From Trichoplax adhaerens (Eukaryota; Animalia; Placozoa): DNA of 64,000 bases. The position numbers and the translations under genes were made by a program. The stretch lies in the NCBI RefSeq assembly GCF_000150275.1, contig NW_002060947.1:728695-792694 (forward strand), read 5' to 3'. A model generated the notes under the pieces. It was not told where the DNA came from. It ran no database searches and saw only the letters and a program-made list of their open reading frames with translations. Shown piece by piece: positions 12,395 through 26,469 of this stretch. The stretch's first letter is position 1. Each line of letters begins with the position of its first letter.

Positions 12395-15300
12395 GTGTGG
12401 CTAAAGAATTTTTATTCATTTCTTAGTGACTATAGTCAAACTAGAAAGTTATCTATAAAGAAAAGGTAATTACATGCGCTATAGTGATAGAGAAGGAATA
12501 AAGAATTTATGTCATTCCAATCAAAAATTACCCCAAAATTAAAATTGCACTATAAATCATGACAAAAAATAGTTATAACAACTTTTATGCTATTAAATTA
12601 ATCTACAAACTCGGTAATTCTCGTAAATAATTTTTTTAATGATATAATCAATTTCATTACCATTATTATCAGTAATAGGTACTAATAGTACTGTTATATA
12701 AATTTAATGTAAATAGGTGTTTTCTCAATTCAAACAAGTACCTCATTTTATCATATTTTAAGTAATTAAAAAGAATATTTTGCTAAGATCTGTAACTAGC
12801 ACATGAACTAAATGTAAACTTACATGACTTAATCTACCCCTACACATTAAATTTGTATGATTTTAAATTATTTTACTGCCATTTAATTCTATTTTACGCT
12901 ACCTGAAAATGCTAGGGTAGTTAAATTTCTAATACATGTCACAATGCTACGAGTCAAAAAGTATGGCTATTTTGATCGAAAACAATTTATAGTTACTGTT
13001 AATTCCTATTTCTGATATCTGTCTCATCATTTTGCGGATTTCTTTTCCCTGGGAGAAAATGTAGGTTGCTGTCATGGGATTCGTCAATGTTTGCCCATTA
13101 TTATTAGCCAAACAACCTTGTAATTTTAGTATCATGTACTGCTAATTTTATAATAAAAACGCCAATTGTAACTTGTATAATCTTGGGATATTAATTAGCA
13201 ATTCGCTCGTAGTATTTTCATAAAATTTATTTTTATTGAATCAGTACGGATTCTGTCATAGTGTTACCGAATACGTATTTGCTGTACGCAAAGAAGGTTC
13301 CATAACTATTATATCGCAGTAATCAGAAAAATAAAGATTCTTTATAAGTAATAATACAGATTGCTACTGATATTTTGTCTTTAATAAGTTGTATTCGAAA
13401 ATAACGGCCAGATATGCACTAACTATTTCTCAACTAATAATCATGCTGCACTTAAACAAATTACCGTCTGACGTTAGTATTACTTTAGAGAAATATGGTG
13501 TATCTTACTAAATTCGTTGAAATAATATTTCAAATGATATTTGACATGTAGAATAAATGATTTATGTAATTAATCAGTAAGATTCTAAAGCATAGGAAAT
13601 TTAAACCTGGTACCCATGTTTATGAAAAGATCAACTATTAATATTAAATCAGTATTACAACAACAACGACTGTAATCACTGTATTTATGAGTAATTATGC
13701 AAATACATTGTATAGCATACTACAGAAAATTTGCACATTTTTAATTCAAGTATCTCCGCTTTTAACACGGATATTGTTAGGGAATTAATTTATCTTCTGT
13801 TCTGCACTTTGTAATTTGCAACATTAATAGATTTTTGGCTGCTATTTGTAATTGAGAAAAGTACACATTTGATAGTAATCATTAGTTACCAATGTTTGCA
13901 AGAATTAGTAATCCATGGAATAGTGCTTTTATTTTACCTTTACGTTGGCTTCTAGCAAAATTTCTTGTTTTCTAAGTTATTCTGATTAAGAATGACTAAA
14001 TTTCTTTTCATGCAGCGGTTGGTGTTAAAATCAAAATAGTCCACAACAGATAGGAGATAATTATCAAAATTTTTATTTTAACTGCTCGATACCAAATCTT
14101 ATTAGATAAAGTATTACACGGAATTATCCCTATAGAGTTTCAGTCAAATTGCCAGTTATTAAAGCAAACCGTTCTGATCTTTAAATAAATAAAAGCTTTT
14201 GATGATATTTATTCATAAACGCTTAAAATCGGATGCTAGTATCAAATTTTAATTAATTATTAAGCCAAAGTATCAATTTCTCGGTATGAATTTAATTTAG
14301 TAAACTTAATCGGTTGCTAAATGTTCGCTAACATTGACAGCGCAATAAATCGAGCTTATTCCTAAAATATGATAAAATATGGCAACATAAGGAAGAATTT
14401 GGACTGTTATAATAGTTATTACGCGAAACTATAGCTACCGGGAAGAAATGGCTATGCCAATATCCTTTAAATCGCAAGGTTATATCCGGCAGCGGAAACT
14501 ACACTTAGAGATTATTATATGATTATGAAAAGATATGAACAGAACAGTAGTTTTCAACGTGAAGGATAAGAGACAATTCTGAAATCTAACAAACGAGTAA
14601 AATTTACTAAATAACGCATTATACTGTATGCCACAGAACTGACTATTCCAATATTATGCATTAAAGCCATATCTTTACACGCAATCCGATAAAAATAAAA
14701 TGTGATGTTTCAACTTGCTAGGATCCAGAAATTGACTTTACATCAAGCCTAAATCATTGGCAGACTTGTGCCTTATTGTATTCTATTTTGCTTTCCAGAT
14801 CTGCCTTTAATTTCCAATATACACGTCAATAATATAGCTTATTACAGTATATGGAATCCTTGATGTAACTAAATAATTGAGTGATTCGTACGATAAAAAT
14901 TCTTTGTATTTTCGTTTTCTAAATGTCGAAGTACTTGTTACGAGTTCGTTTACTAATTGTGTAATAGAGTTCAACACGAATAAGTAGACACATAGCAACA
15001 CCTTTAAATGCAACTATTGAAGCACCACAGTATTGATACCAAGCAAATCAATATAGCTACGGTAAATACCTAAAATATAGTAAAATTTATAAGAATCAGA
15101 GATTGAAGTCTAAGAATGATAGATCTGTCTTAGGGCAATCTCCAGCGAGACATTTTAATTCCTAAGTAAGAAAGTTACATCACAAATGAGTGATGTTAAA
15201 GCTTGAGACGGTCATAAGTATTGTAGATTATTAATTTTGAACGACTTCGACTGGAACACCAAATCCTATAAAAATACATAACAAAGCATGCTATCCGTGA

Positions 15301-18233
15301 TATGAAATTTGAGACGTCATTTGCCGGCAATAGCCTAAGTTTATTGAAATACCCGATGTTTTAATGAGGTGTTGGAAAATAGACGCTGAAACCTACGTAA
15401 TTTTGCTTAGAAGAACTAGTCCCATGCTTCTCGTTCGCTTCTGAACCGAATTACATTAATGATGCTACGATTTCGAATCATTTCATTCTGAGACTCTGAC
15501 TAGTATATGAAATTAAATTCTATTTTGAATAGAATTATTAATCAAACAGAATATTATAACTCCGATATATTTCTAAAATCAAAATTAAATTTCTATTATT
15601 TGGAAATATTGCTATCTTAAAGGTAGCAGCCATTCAATGCTTACAGATTACTGGGAGTGTATGATACCAAATAGGTCGTATATCTTATATACCTATGAAT
15701 ATCCCGAATTTACGTAACTGTAACCTTTAAATAATAACTCAAAGCAAAAAATCTGCTAAATAGAGTCAAAAGATGATATAATCAGGGCAGATAATCGAAA
15801 TCATAAACATCGAATCAGTGAGTTAATCTCTGCTCGGATTGGATTTTTTAGATTGTAATGTTAATTCACGCCTGGAATCTTAACCCTGCATGGGCTCATG
15901 TTATGAACTGCTCACGTACCTAATATTGTAAAACATCGTCTATATTTTTATTTTTCTGTCACAAATTAAATAACCCCTTCTTTTATTCTCTAGGTTGATT
16001 TGGTATAGATAAATCAGACGACAGTAAAGAAATAGTAGGCGAAGAATAAATAAAGCTATTTGACGTTCACATTCTGCCTTGATTAGTTTTAGGTTAGGTG
16101 TGAATAATATAAATTGCTTACAAATGTAGATATCCAGTCGTAAGCATACTACGTAAGCTTAATTCATAATAATAAGTAATTAACATGAATTAAAATAAAT
16201 TGCGTTATCACAGACTTTGAGCATATTAAGATTTACTATAACTAGTCAAGTCATTATTATCCAACATAGAATCTAGATTAGAAACAAAATTTATACATAA
16301 TAAACGAATTAGTTTCCTTATCAGTTACTCAGTTTGCCTGTAATAAATAATAAATTTAATATTCCTTAATACTTCCTTTAGTATATGTAGCTTCAGGATA
16401 TGAATTACGCCTGCTTAGAACTTGCTAAAATGTTATTAATTAGTAAACCGCTAAATAAGATGTAGGTTTAATCATTTTTGATCGCATTTCCCGTAGTATA
16501 TTGTTCTACAGTGTCAATTGATAATTAGTCAAACACAAAACTGCATAAGAGACGAGAATTTCATACAACAAATGAAGGATGATTTATCTGCCGTATATTT
16601 ATAAATAATTCGCAGCAGGTTTTTTTACTTACGAAAGATTACGTACGTAAATATCATCAATCTATTATTGGAAAAATATTTAAAAATAGCCCATATTCTG
16701 GGACTGTCTTGTTCTTTTCCATTACATAATATATTTATTTTCCGTCAAACGGGCTAATAGAAATATATGCTAGACAGAATTAGGTCATTTTACAAGTATT
16801 ATTAAATCTGATGTCTAACCAACATGCACTGAAATTAAATAAATATGAAAACGATGAACTTGATTTGTACGACGCAGCATTTACTCTAACGCTTTCATGC
16901 TGCCCGAGTTTTACTAGAGATAAATCATATCAGAATATTATCAACCTGTCCAATATTAAAAGAAAAATTGGATAGTTCTCTGAAGCTTATAGATTTTATT
17001 CTGTAAGGTACGTCAATTTATTTCAATGCCTATCCCTGTGCTATTATCTTGTGCTTTATTTAATTTATAAATCAGGTATAATTGTTTTAAACATTACTAC
17101 TGTTTTCTTTGAAACTAGTTCTGTTGAAGCGCAATCTAAATATATCATGATAGGCAGAAATTTTGCGACTAAATCAAATTTCACATTTATTCTCCAATTA
17201 AGTAAATTCCGTAAAATTTATTTACAAAATTCACTATTCGTTAATAGATTGTTGCTGAATATTAAAAAAATAGTTAGTCATTATCTGCAAAAACACTGCC
17301 AGTGCTTCGGCAATCCTGAAGAATGTAGTAAAATTTAATCCCAAATGAGCTACAATTATGTCTTTTAATTTATTAAATATCCATTTTCCAGCATCTCCTC
17401 TTTATTTTCTGTTCCCATTATAATAACAGATCAATTCTGTCCTCACTAACAACCGCTGATATCGAATTTTCTCAATAGCTATAGTAAACTTTGTTGTAAA
17501 CAGTATATGTTTGGTAAATTTAAGGCTTATAGGCCCTATACAATGTGGATAATAGTTAGCATTTTGTTTATGAATAATCCTGATAATCAAGAATTTAATT
17601 CATAAATTCGCTTTTAAAAAATCTAATGTTTCTGTAAGTGCTTCCTTGTTAATGTTCCTTCCAGTAACATTGCTTGGCTAGGGTTCGTATTAAATATAGA
17701 TTCCTAAACAATAAAAACAACTGATAAATCTATAAATTATTTTACTTTATTTGTAATAATGATTATAATACTAATCTATTGTTGGTTAAAAGTGAGTTGG
17801 AATGATATAGTGGATTAATATAATCACAAGAGAATAGGTTCGATTTATTAATTGATTTTAAGATGCAAAAACTGGCTCTATTTTAGAGCAATGACTACGT
17901 TTCTTAGCAATTACTCCAATAGCAGGATCACTCCACCATTTTTATCTAGTGTCTTCAGATTAATTAATTTACGCATATTTGTTTCTCTATAAAACAATGG
18001 CCGCTTTGAAAAGTTTTACTTAGTTGGTAACACCAACATATTAAGTTTAAAAACATTGTCTTTTTAAAAAAGCAATAATTACCTTCTGCCTATCAGTCTA
18101 GCAGATGGTTAAAAGGCTACATTGCTCTCTTCTATATTTATACCCACATTTCTTTCTATAGCCATTTGACGCATGATAATAAAATTATTAGCAGAGGACT
18201 ATAGCTTGCGGAAGAAATATTAATTTAGTTATC

Positions 18234-19994
18234 ATGTTAGTTTATGATGAAAATTTAACCACTACCTCAACATCAATTTTAACTTTACTTAATGAAAGTT
18301 ATAGACTATCCGATTCTTACTCTCAGCTTCCAACAAATGAAAATGCTCGATTACTAGTTGGCATCTACATATTGGTTCTCATTTTAACAATTGCTACCAA
18401 TGGATTTTTTATATCTTTAATGATTTATCGTCGTAAAAGCTGGACTGCTCATGACATTCTAATATTAAATATCTCAATCTCCGACGCTTATTACGTTATT
18501 TCATTGTGAGTATTATATTAAATAAACATATATTATGAGCTTTAGTAGTTGGAATTTGAAGGATCTTTTTTGCCTACTATAAGATGTAATTGAAGCTGTC
18601 GATCGAAATCAATGGTAGTGTACTACTTCATGTTAGTTCTAATCATGTTATTGATATTCAATAGCCGGTAAAAGTAGAGCTATTTATATTAACCGTATTA
18701 AAATTGTTATTGAAATAATGATCCCTATAATATTTTGCGACTATACTAGATTCTATTCTATTTTACTCTGATGTTCTACATTTTAAGAGTATAAAATGAT
18801 AAATTATGAATTACCGTAGCCATGTAGATATAAAACCGTTTAAAAATGAACTGCAAGCTACTTAGCTAGTATAGAATTGGCACACCATATTTTGAAGCTC
18901 AAAAGCTTTCGTAGTTAGTATTACTACAAGGCAACTTTAGTTAATCTTCAGTTTGAAGATAAAATTTTATTAATGTCTACTACAGTCAACAGCAATACTT
19001 AATACGATTTATCATTTATTCTTTTAGGCATAATATGATAGGCTATAATAATAGTATATAATCATTAGTCCTACTCTCCTTTACCTAATTCTGATTCTAC
19101 GTTCGTATTATTATTATTTATGACAGCAGTTGGGTCTTACTTCCTGTGGCATTGCCTGGAATTCATCGACCAGTATTTTCTACTAATTCATTTTTTTGCT
19201 GATTGCTAATGGTTTCTTGTGCTTTTTCCTTTTACGTCAATCTTTACTTACTGGCTGCGTCTGCTGTGGCTAGTTATTTAAAAATTGTACAAAGTAAACT
19301 AGAAATAACGAGAAAGTTAGCATGGTATATAGTTTGCTGTATTTATCTGGTATCTGCACTGTCATTGTCGCCGCCTTTAATTGGATATTTTGGAAAATTA
19401 ACTTATTATCCTAATCTTGGTATTTGCCTATTTGATTTTGGTCCAGAAATAAGATTAAATCAGATGCTATATGCATTTTGCATTATGTATCCTACATTTT
19501 TAATCAACACCAATATCATTGCCTATTGCTATTATCGAATTTACAGAGTTGTTCGTCAAAGTTCCAAAGCTGTCGCTCAATATGACTCAAGTGTACCCCA
19601 TAATAGGCGAAATATGCTTGGAGAGGATAAAAGTACCATCGCCACTGGTACATCAATTAGCCGGCATGTGAAGTTTCGTCCAAGTGATATATCATTAGCT
19701 AAGACACTGCTAACCGTCTTTTCATTATTCATGATATCTTACTCTCCTTTCGCAATCAGCAACCTATTACACTTTACTAGAGCGGCCAAAACGACTATAA
19801 CTGTAGACCTCTATCTACTCCTTTTATCGTGCTCAAATAGCGTGTTTAATCCGATTATATTCTATTCTAAAAGACGTCATCGAAGAGTACACCAAAATTG
19901 GATTGTAAAAAAGCCACATCTAGATTTCCAGACTACCCCATCAAACATTCAGATGGATTCGAACACTGTACACTTAAACAATATAACACATTAA
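18234..19994 (+). pseudogene. Class A orphan GPCR paralogue 2 with in-frame TGA at 19200-19202 (recent pseudogene or null allele); exons 18234-18505, 19127-19994
   Basis: Same intron (TT|GTGAGT...GACAG|C). Exon 2 reads SWVLLPVALPGIHRPVFSTNSFFC*LLM where paralogues have CRL (paralogue 4 codon CGA); the rest of the 7TM frame is intact. Confidence 0.75.
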
Positions 19995-21535
19995 TCGCTA
20001 TTTCGATCCTTCTTCTCTACAGCTGGTAATTTAAACTCATACGTTTTCTACTACGCGTAAGGCAAAGTGGGTATGCCGTATAATATTATTCTTGTATAGT
20101 AAATTACCTTAAATATTCCCACTTTACATAAACACCAACATTCATAGCAATTTTCGTAAGCAAGCATGATCTTCTTTTATGAAGTTTTCCACAGACATGT
20201 GTGAACTCTTTAGCAATTTATTGCTATAGTAAGTTTTACCAAAACAATAGAAATGGCTATGCAATTTTTCACTGCTATTAACTGGAAAGCTATCGAGCAG
20301 ATAATGAATGGATAGTCTCGATTAATAAAATTTAGAAAATACCTTAAAAATTACAATAGATATTAAATAATCATTCAAAATAATATTTTATCCCTGAAAA
20401 GGAGAGATTCCTTTAGAACAGCTATAATTTTTTTATTTCTTTAATTGTAATTATTTATGACGGATTTTTAAACCTGTATAATTTACAATCAAAAATTTAT
20501 TGAGGACTTGGTTTCTACTAATGCATGTTGTGCATTTCGATATTTAAAAAATTGCCTTAGAATTTTTATATACAGCTTCACTTTACTAGTGCTACGATTT
20601 TTATGAAATAGCCATGTTTATAATTAATGGAGATCTTAATAAATTGTAACTATACAAAGCCTGCTACCAACAAACTGAAGTGCCTTTTACCCAAATTAGT
20701 ATCGATACAAGATTGTATTGCTATATTTGAATTAATTTCTGTACATCGGAATGAATTTTATCCATATTTCAAATCATGACATAATCATTAAAAATCTTCA
20801 AAAATTATAATTTACCTATCATAGAATTGGTGTTTAACTTAGATATGATGTTATCCTTCATTTTCAAGTTTTTGAGAAACTACGCATATTTTCTTCATTT
20901 GAAATAGAAAATTTCTAAATCTTACAAAGAATGTAATGAAGGTTAGGTGTAACATTAAATAATACGTAAATATTTCAAAAACTATAAATAAAGTGTATTC
21001 ACATTGCTAGTACCCGGGACATTAATTGCTCTATGATTTCATAGGTCTTCAGAATTATTTAAAGAGAAATAATTTAGGGATGTTTTCTCAACAATACCTG
21101 GGACAAAGTCCATATCTAAATTACGCTTATTAGTCAATCAAATTTTTATCTTTTATGTACACTCTCTTAACAATTAGGCAAATATTTATGATATTATACA
21201 TTGCCGATCATGCTTATCACATTATTTAATATATTACTAATTTTAATAATTGAAGTTATTTTATAGTACATATAATAGAATATGAAAGCAAGAACTTAGC
21301 TTTGTTATTTGGTATTAATTTTGGCTTAAAATATTTCATGAATCCTTAAGATAAATCTCGAAGTCTAAATAGCTTGGCAATTACTGGTACAATCTATTTG
21401 CAGAAAAGATTGATACAGGAGTCAGTCTGAGAATTCAGTAAAAGTGCGGTACATTTACTCATATTTATGGCATTGATAGATATTTCTACCTCGATGAACT
21501 GGTTATTAAATCATTCCCATTCAATAGTTTTTTAC

Positions 21536-21612
21536 GATCTCCGGAGTTAGTCGGGAAACCTTAAGAGTAGATAGACTAGTTTAGGTACGTTCAAGAAAGT
21601 TGTTTTGTGACA
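21536..21612 (+). mobile_element. LTR-like 3'-end fragment
   Basis: GATCTCCGGAG..TCG..AACCTTAA..GTAGATAG..TAGTTTAG shared with 55921-55998; ends TTGTGACA. Confidence 0.5.
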
Positions 21613-23700
21613 TACCTATTTTGAAAATAAGGTAAATATCATAAGATACCTAATTTTCAATGAAATTTCTTTCATTTTCTAAATTAACAATGGGTTTCCG
21701 ATAATCTAAAGATAGCAGCATATGAATAAGACATTTTGCCACTATATCCCGATTTAAAGTAATCATTTGATGTTAGTAATTCAGCTATCATGTCACAGGC
21801 TGTTCTAATTTAATTTTAAGCCATTGAGCTCTATGATTGAATCTGCTATAGGAATTACAACTGACTTACTTTAATGTTTGCAATATTAATTAATATTTCG
21901 AAAAATCCAAAGTGCTATAAAGTTTATGAACACAAACGAAATTTTGGATACATTATTGACAAAGTAGTTGACTGTTTCCGATTGCAGAAATGTACCCATC
22001 AGCACTATTTCATACCTGACAGTAAGACAATGAAATTGACTTATTTGGTAAAGAATCAATGAAACTGGTGGCACATTATGTTTTTAAAATAGAAACTAAA
22101 AGTACTTTAATAAGAAAAGATTTGATTCCAAAGTTATTCAGTTCTAATAAAGCGAAATTACGGATTAGAAATCGTACTGGAAATTGCCCTTGCAACACCT
22201 TAGATGCTGTAAAGGTACTTTCGCAACGATATCCGCCCTAACCCTGTAGCACTAATAATAGGATACTGATATAGCTAGTATATTGCATTTTGATTTCAGT
22301 ATATTCCTTACTGAAATGAAATTAATGGATTGGCAAAATAATTCGTTAGAATAAGAGTAGGATTGTTCGTAACTTTGTTTTACTAAAAGCGAGTTAAGAA
22401 ACATATATAGACGCACTTTTTTCTCTTAATTCTCGTAATTTATCATTTTTAATTAGGAATTAATAAATTCAAAGGATCCGTTATTACTTATTCTTAATTC
22501 CAAATTATGAATTAGTCAAGGCGAATTATTATGATTCTATTTTACATATATTCTTATACATTTGTATCGAAATTCACCTAATGTTTAATTACTAATAACG
22601 CAGACTATAGTTCAAATTACGCAATTTATAGTGAACATATATTAATCTTATTCCATAAATTCTACGGGAAACGTAGGGTACGAAAACTATTACTGAATGC
22701 TATTTTGCAGGATAGAAAATCAGGAATTTCTGTTTTCTAACGTGATGTCTTTAATAACTTAAGATCATTATTGCATCTTGGAATAAATTGTAAAATACGG
22801 CTGAGTACTAACTGCGGCAGCTTAGAAAATGGAAAAGTATACTGCTTTATGAAGGCTACTGTATTATACGGTTAAGAAAGATCTTGCTAGGTGATTATTA
22901 AACGTCAATTTAAGTTGCATAGATTGAGGCTGTTTCTAATGATAATGAACGACAATTAATATTTATAATTGTAATCATAGCTTTATGAATTAATTCTTTA
23001 ATTTATAATTCATAAGATCTGATAAAAGTTCTTTTAATTGTATGGTTGAAAAACATTTCTTTTCAATTCGCAAACATGTTACTACGATAGACTTGTTTCT
23101 ATTCAAGATATTACACGAAAGCTTGGATAAAATATGATTTTAATTTGAAATTGACTGGGAAAGGCTAATCTTGTCAGGAATTGATCAATTTCGTAGTATG
23201 TGAGAGCTTAAACTAAGGACAATTTTTTTCCGTTTCTGGTTACTCTAATCTAAAGTACAAAATAAGCAAGCGGTAAATATCTAATTTAGATTAGTATTTC
23301 ATGTAAATCAGTTTCGTTGAGGCTACTACTGGATGCTTAAGTGACTACGAAGCATTAAGATAGATAAATATTGCCTTAGTATTTAAGGCATTCAAGCATT
23401 TTCTTTAAACTGGATATGATTGATTGCTTTATGGTAATGGTAATAATTCGGGTTTAAGTACCGGCAAGGCTACGAAAAAAAGTTCTCTTTATGATTCAAT
23501 TATAATATAGGGTACCAATCTTTTTAACATCTCGTATATTCCAACACATTCTTTAAGGATATGCTCGTAACATTTACGCAATAGTATGTAAAATATCATC
23601 AACTACAGTATTTTGGTATCAGTCAAGCATATTAAATCTGCCTTTGAAATCACTTGCTAGATGATTATTATTACATTATCAAGATATGCCAGTAGAGTAC

Positions 23701-24133
23701 TGTCACAAACCAGCTTGGTGACAAGGATAACGTAAAACAAATCTCTAAATTACTATAGTCTCCGGGATTCAGTATCCCTTAACTACCTCACAAGAATTTA
23801 GACGCCTTTAATTCTACGTTAAAACAACTATACAATTGAGAACTACTTTATTCAACTATCTGACGGGCTTATATACCCTTCTACAGTAGCTAACATTCAC
23901 AAGTCATCTTATAAAAATGCTTAGGTGAGATAACTAGTTTTTCACAGTCGGACTACAATATGTCCATTCACAGAATCATTTCAGTGCACATTACAGCACA
24001 GCATTAAATTTACTGTAACACATTTATAATTAGAGTAATTCCTATAGTAAATAGCTAGTTGTAATATAATATCACTATATTATATTAACCAAATTTAGAT
24101 AGCTATTTCTTCACGGTAGTTCGTACCGTGACA
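23701..24133 (-). mobile_element. Solo LTR (433 bp), TGTCAC...GTGACA, 5-bp TSD AGTAC (BEL/Pao- or Copia-type TSD length)
   Basis: AGTAC|TGTCACAAACC ... CCGTGACA|AGTAC; minus-strand GGGTATATAAGC and AATAAAG; close copy at 33054. Confidence 0.88.
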
Positions 24134-24223
24134 AGTACCATATGAGTTATATCTATCTAGACTTCTTTCCATAGTAAAATGTGATACTTAGAATAGTCTA
24201 ATGACTACGGATGTTAGTTACTT

Positions 24224-25365
24224 TACTCAAAATTGTCCATAAAACGCACTTAATATCGCTTGCAAAAAGTGCTCAGGAAAAATTGCTTTACATCATATGA
24301 ACTGAGTTACCCTCTATCCTATACAGAGGCAATTGTACCGATGTAAAAACTGTGCTTTGCTCTGGCCGTATAGCTAAACACTTTAAATATTTTATACAGT
24401 AGTGGCTTGAAAATTAATGCTTCTAGACAGTTATTGGTACCTTAATACTGTAGTTACTTATAACTTACGTGATAGAAGTTACTACTGGCAGCGTAAACAT
24501 TCAATCATGACAGTTACTAGTGAGCTATTATATTTCATCCACTTACCTGGAAGATATTAATAAATTGATAATAGGTGTTGCTGCCATGGTGAAATAATAA
24601 GTATAGAAATTTATTGATGACGTTTGACAGTTTATAAATGCATAAACCACGCAAATTTGTTTCAGTCGTTTAATAATTAATTGTAGTTAAGGAATTCATT
24701 GCCAAGATCATGTCATGGATTATAGTAGATATTGGTTAGCTCACTTTAGAGGAACTTAAAGTAACGATGGCTAGTAAGCGATTTCACTGACTGCTACTCA
24801 AAATTGTCCATAAAACGCACTTAATATCGCTTGCAAAAAGTGCTCAGGAAAAATTGCTTTACATCATATGAACTGAGTTACCCTCTATCCTATACAGAGG
24901 CAATTGTACCGATGTAAAAACTGTGCTTTGCTCTGGTCGTATAGCTAAACACTTTAAATATTTTATACAGTAGTGGCTTGAAAATTAATGCTTCTAGAGA
25001 GTTATTGGTACCCGAATACTGTAGTTACTTATAACTTACGTGATAGAAGTTACTACTGGCAGCGTAAACATTCAATCATGACAGTTACTAGTGAGCTATT
25101 ATATTTCATCCACTTACCTGGAAGATATTAATAAATTGATAATAGGTGTTGCTGCCATGGTGAAATAATAAGTATAGAAATTTATTGATGACGTTTGACA
25201 GTTTATAAATGCATAAACCACGTAAATTTGTTTCAGTCGTTTAATAATTAATTGTAGTTAAGGAATTCATTGCCAAGATCATGTCATGGATTATAGTAGA
25301 TATTGGTTAGCTCACTTTAGAGGAACTTAAAGTGATGATGGCTAGTAAGCGATTTCACTGACTGC
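24224..25365. repeat. Head-to-tail tandem duplication, 2 x 571 bp
   Basis: Units 24224-24794 and 24795-25365 both start TACTCAAAATTGTCC; about 7 substitutions seen by eye, no indels. Confidence 0.95.
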
Positions 25366-26469
25366 TAGTTATTAGATCTATGCCATGAAATTAAATCTTG
25401 TAATACTAGTACTCATATATAAGCACAGCAAATGGAGTAGCATTTGTCATTTTGAATGAGTTACTGAAATAATATAATTAATCAACTATTTCTGTTAAAG
25501 AATAAAAGAAATTTACCGAGGACTAAGGATACTATATTATAGCCGTTATATAATATACATTATTTTACAATTGCGTACATTTTATTGATAACTGTGGCAC
25601 CAATGATAATCGTTGCATATCTTTTTATAAAGTAATTACTGTACAAGTGCACATTCACTTCAGCCAAAATTCTAAACAGTAGCGTACGATTCTCAAATAA
25701 TGCCATCGTTATCAATTTCTTTGAAATTAAATTACTAGGATAAAGTTTCCGCCAATTTTATTCCATTATTTAATTTTATAGAATTATTTCATGGGTACAA
25801 TAGCCTACTTGATATATAAATTACTTCAGCAGCCGCCAATCAGAGAAAATATTATCACAGATTGTCTATTACCTGTAACAGTAGGGTTTAAATACAATGG
25901 GCTCATCATAGAATACCGTGCATTAATTGCTATTGCAAGCCATCAAGCAATTTAATAATTCGCTACTGGCAGCATAGATGTATCATTTCTTGAAGTTTCG
26001 ATCTATTCATAGTACATTGTTTGGGTGGTATCTTTTAAGGCGGTCATTTATAACAGATTATATTGAATTTGGGATTTAGAATTACAGGAATTCATATAAA
26101 CGAAACTATAATTGTAACGAACAGCCCCTTCATTTGGCAAAAAGTAATTTGAGATTTATTAATAGTCTATAACAATTAAAAAATCTCTTTTAAGAATATT
26201 TAATGTCAAGAGAGCCGTATTATTTCGTAAATAATTTATTATTTTCTACCAGTGCTGAAAATTATAAGCCAAGGCATATAATCTTACAGTACCATGCTAT
26301 TGTTATTGCCAGGCCGTTATGCAATCATTTCCTAGATTGAAGCAAATATAATCCTAATCAAATAGTAATCTAATCATTATACTACTCGACAATATCCTAC
26401 AACGCAAAAAATTTAAGGGATGAGCATGTCGGTAAATTGACGATAAAAAAGAGCTTGTGATCGATTGAG

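Noticed and set aside
14470-14535. GSGKTT-like P-loop relic (NACHT/NB-ARC pseudogene)
   Set aside because: Requires several indels within 30 nt; no supporting ORF.
19200-20250. Selenocysteine or readthrough at the paralogue 2 TGA
   Set aside because: The homologous residue is Arg, not Cys; the best 3' hairpin (~20178-20208) lacks the SECIS GA quartet and apical AA; the context is not TGA-CTAG.
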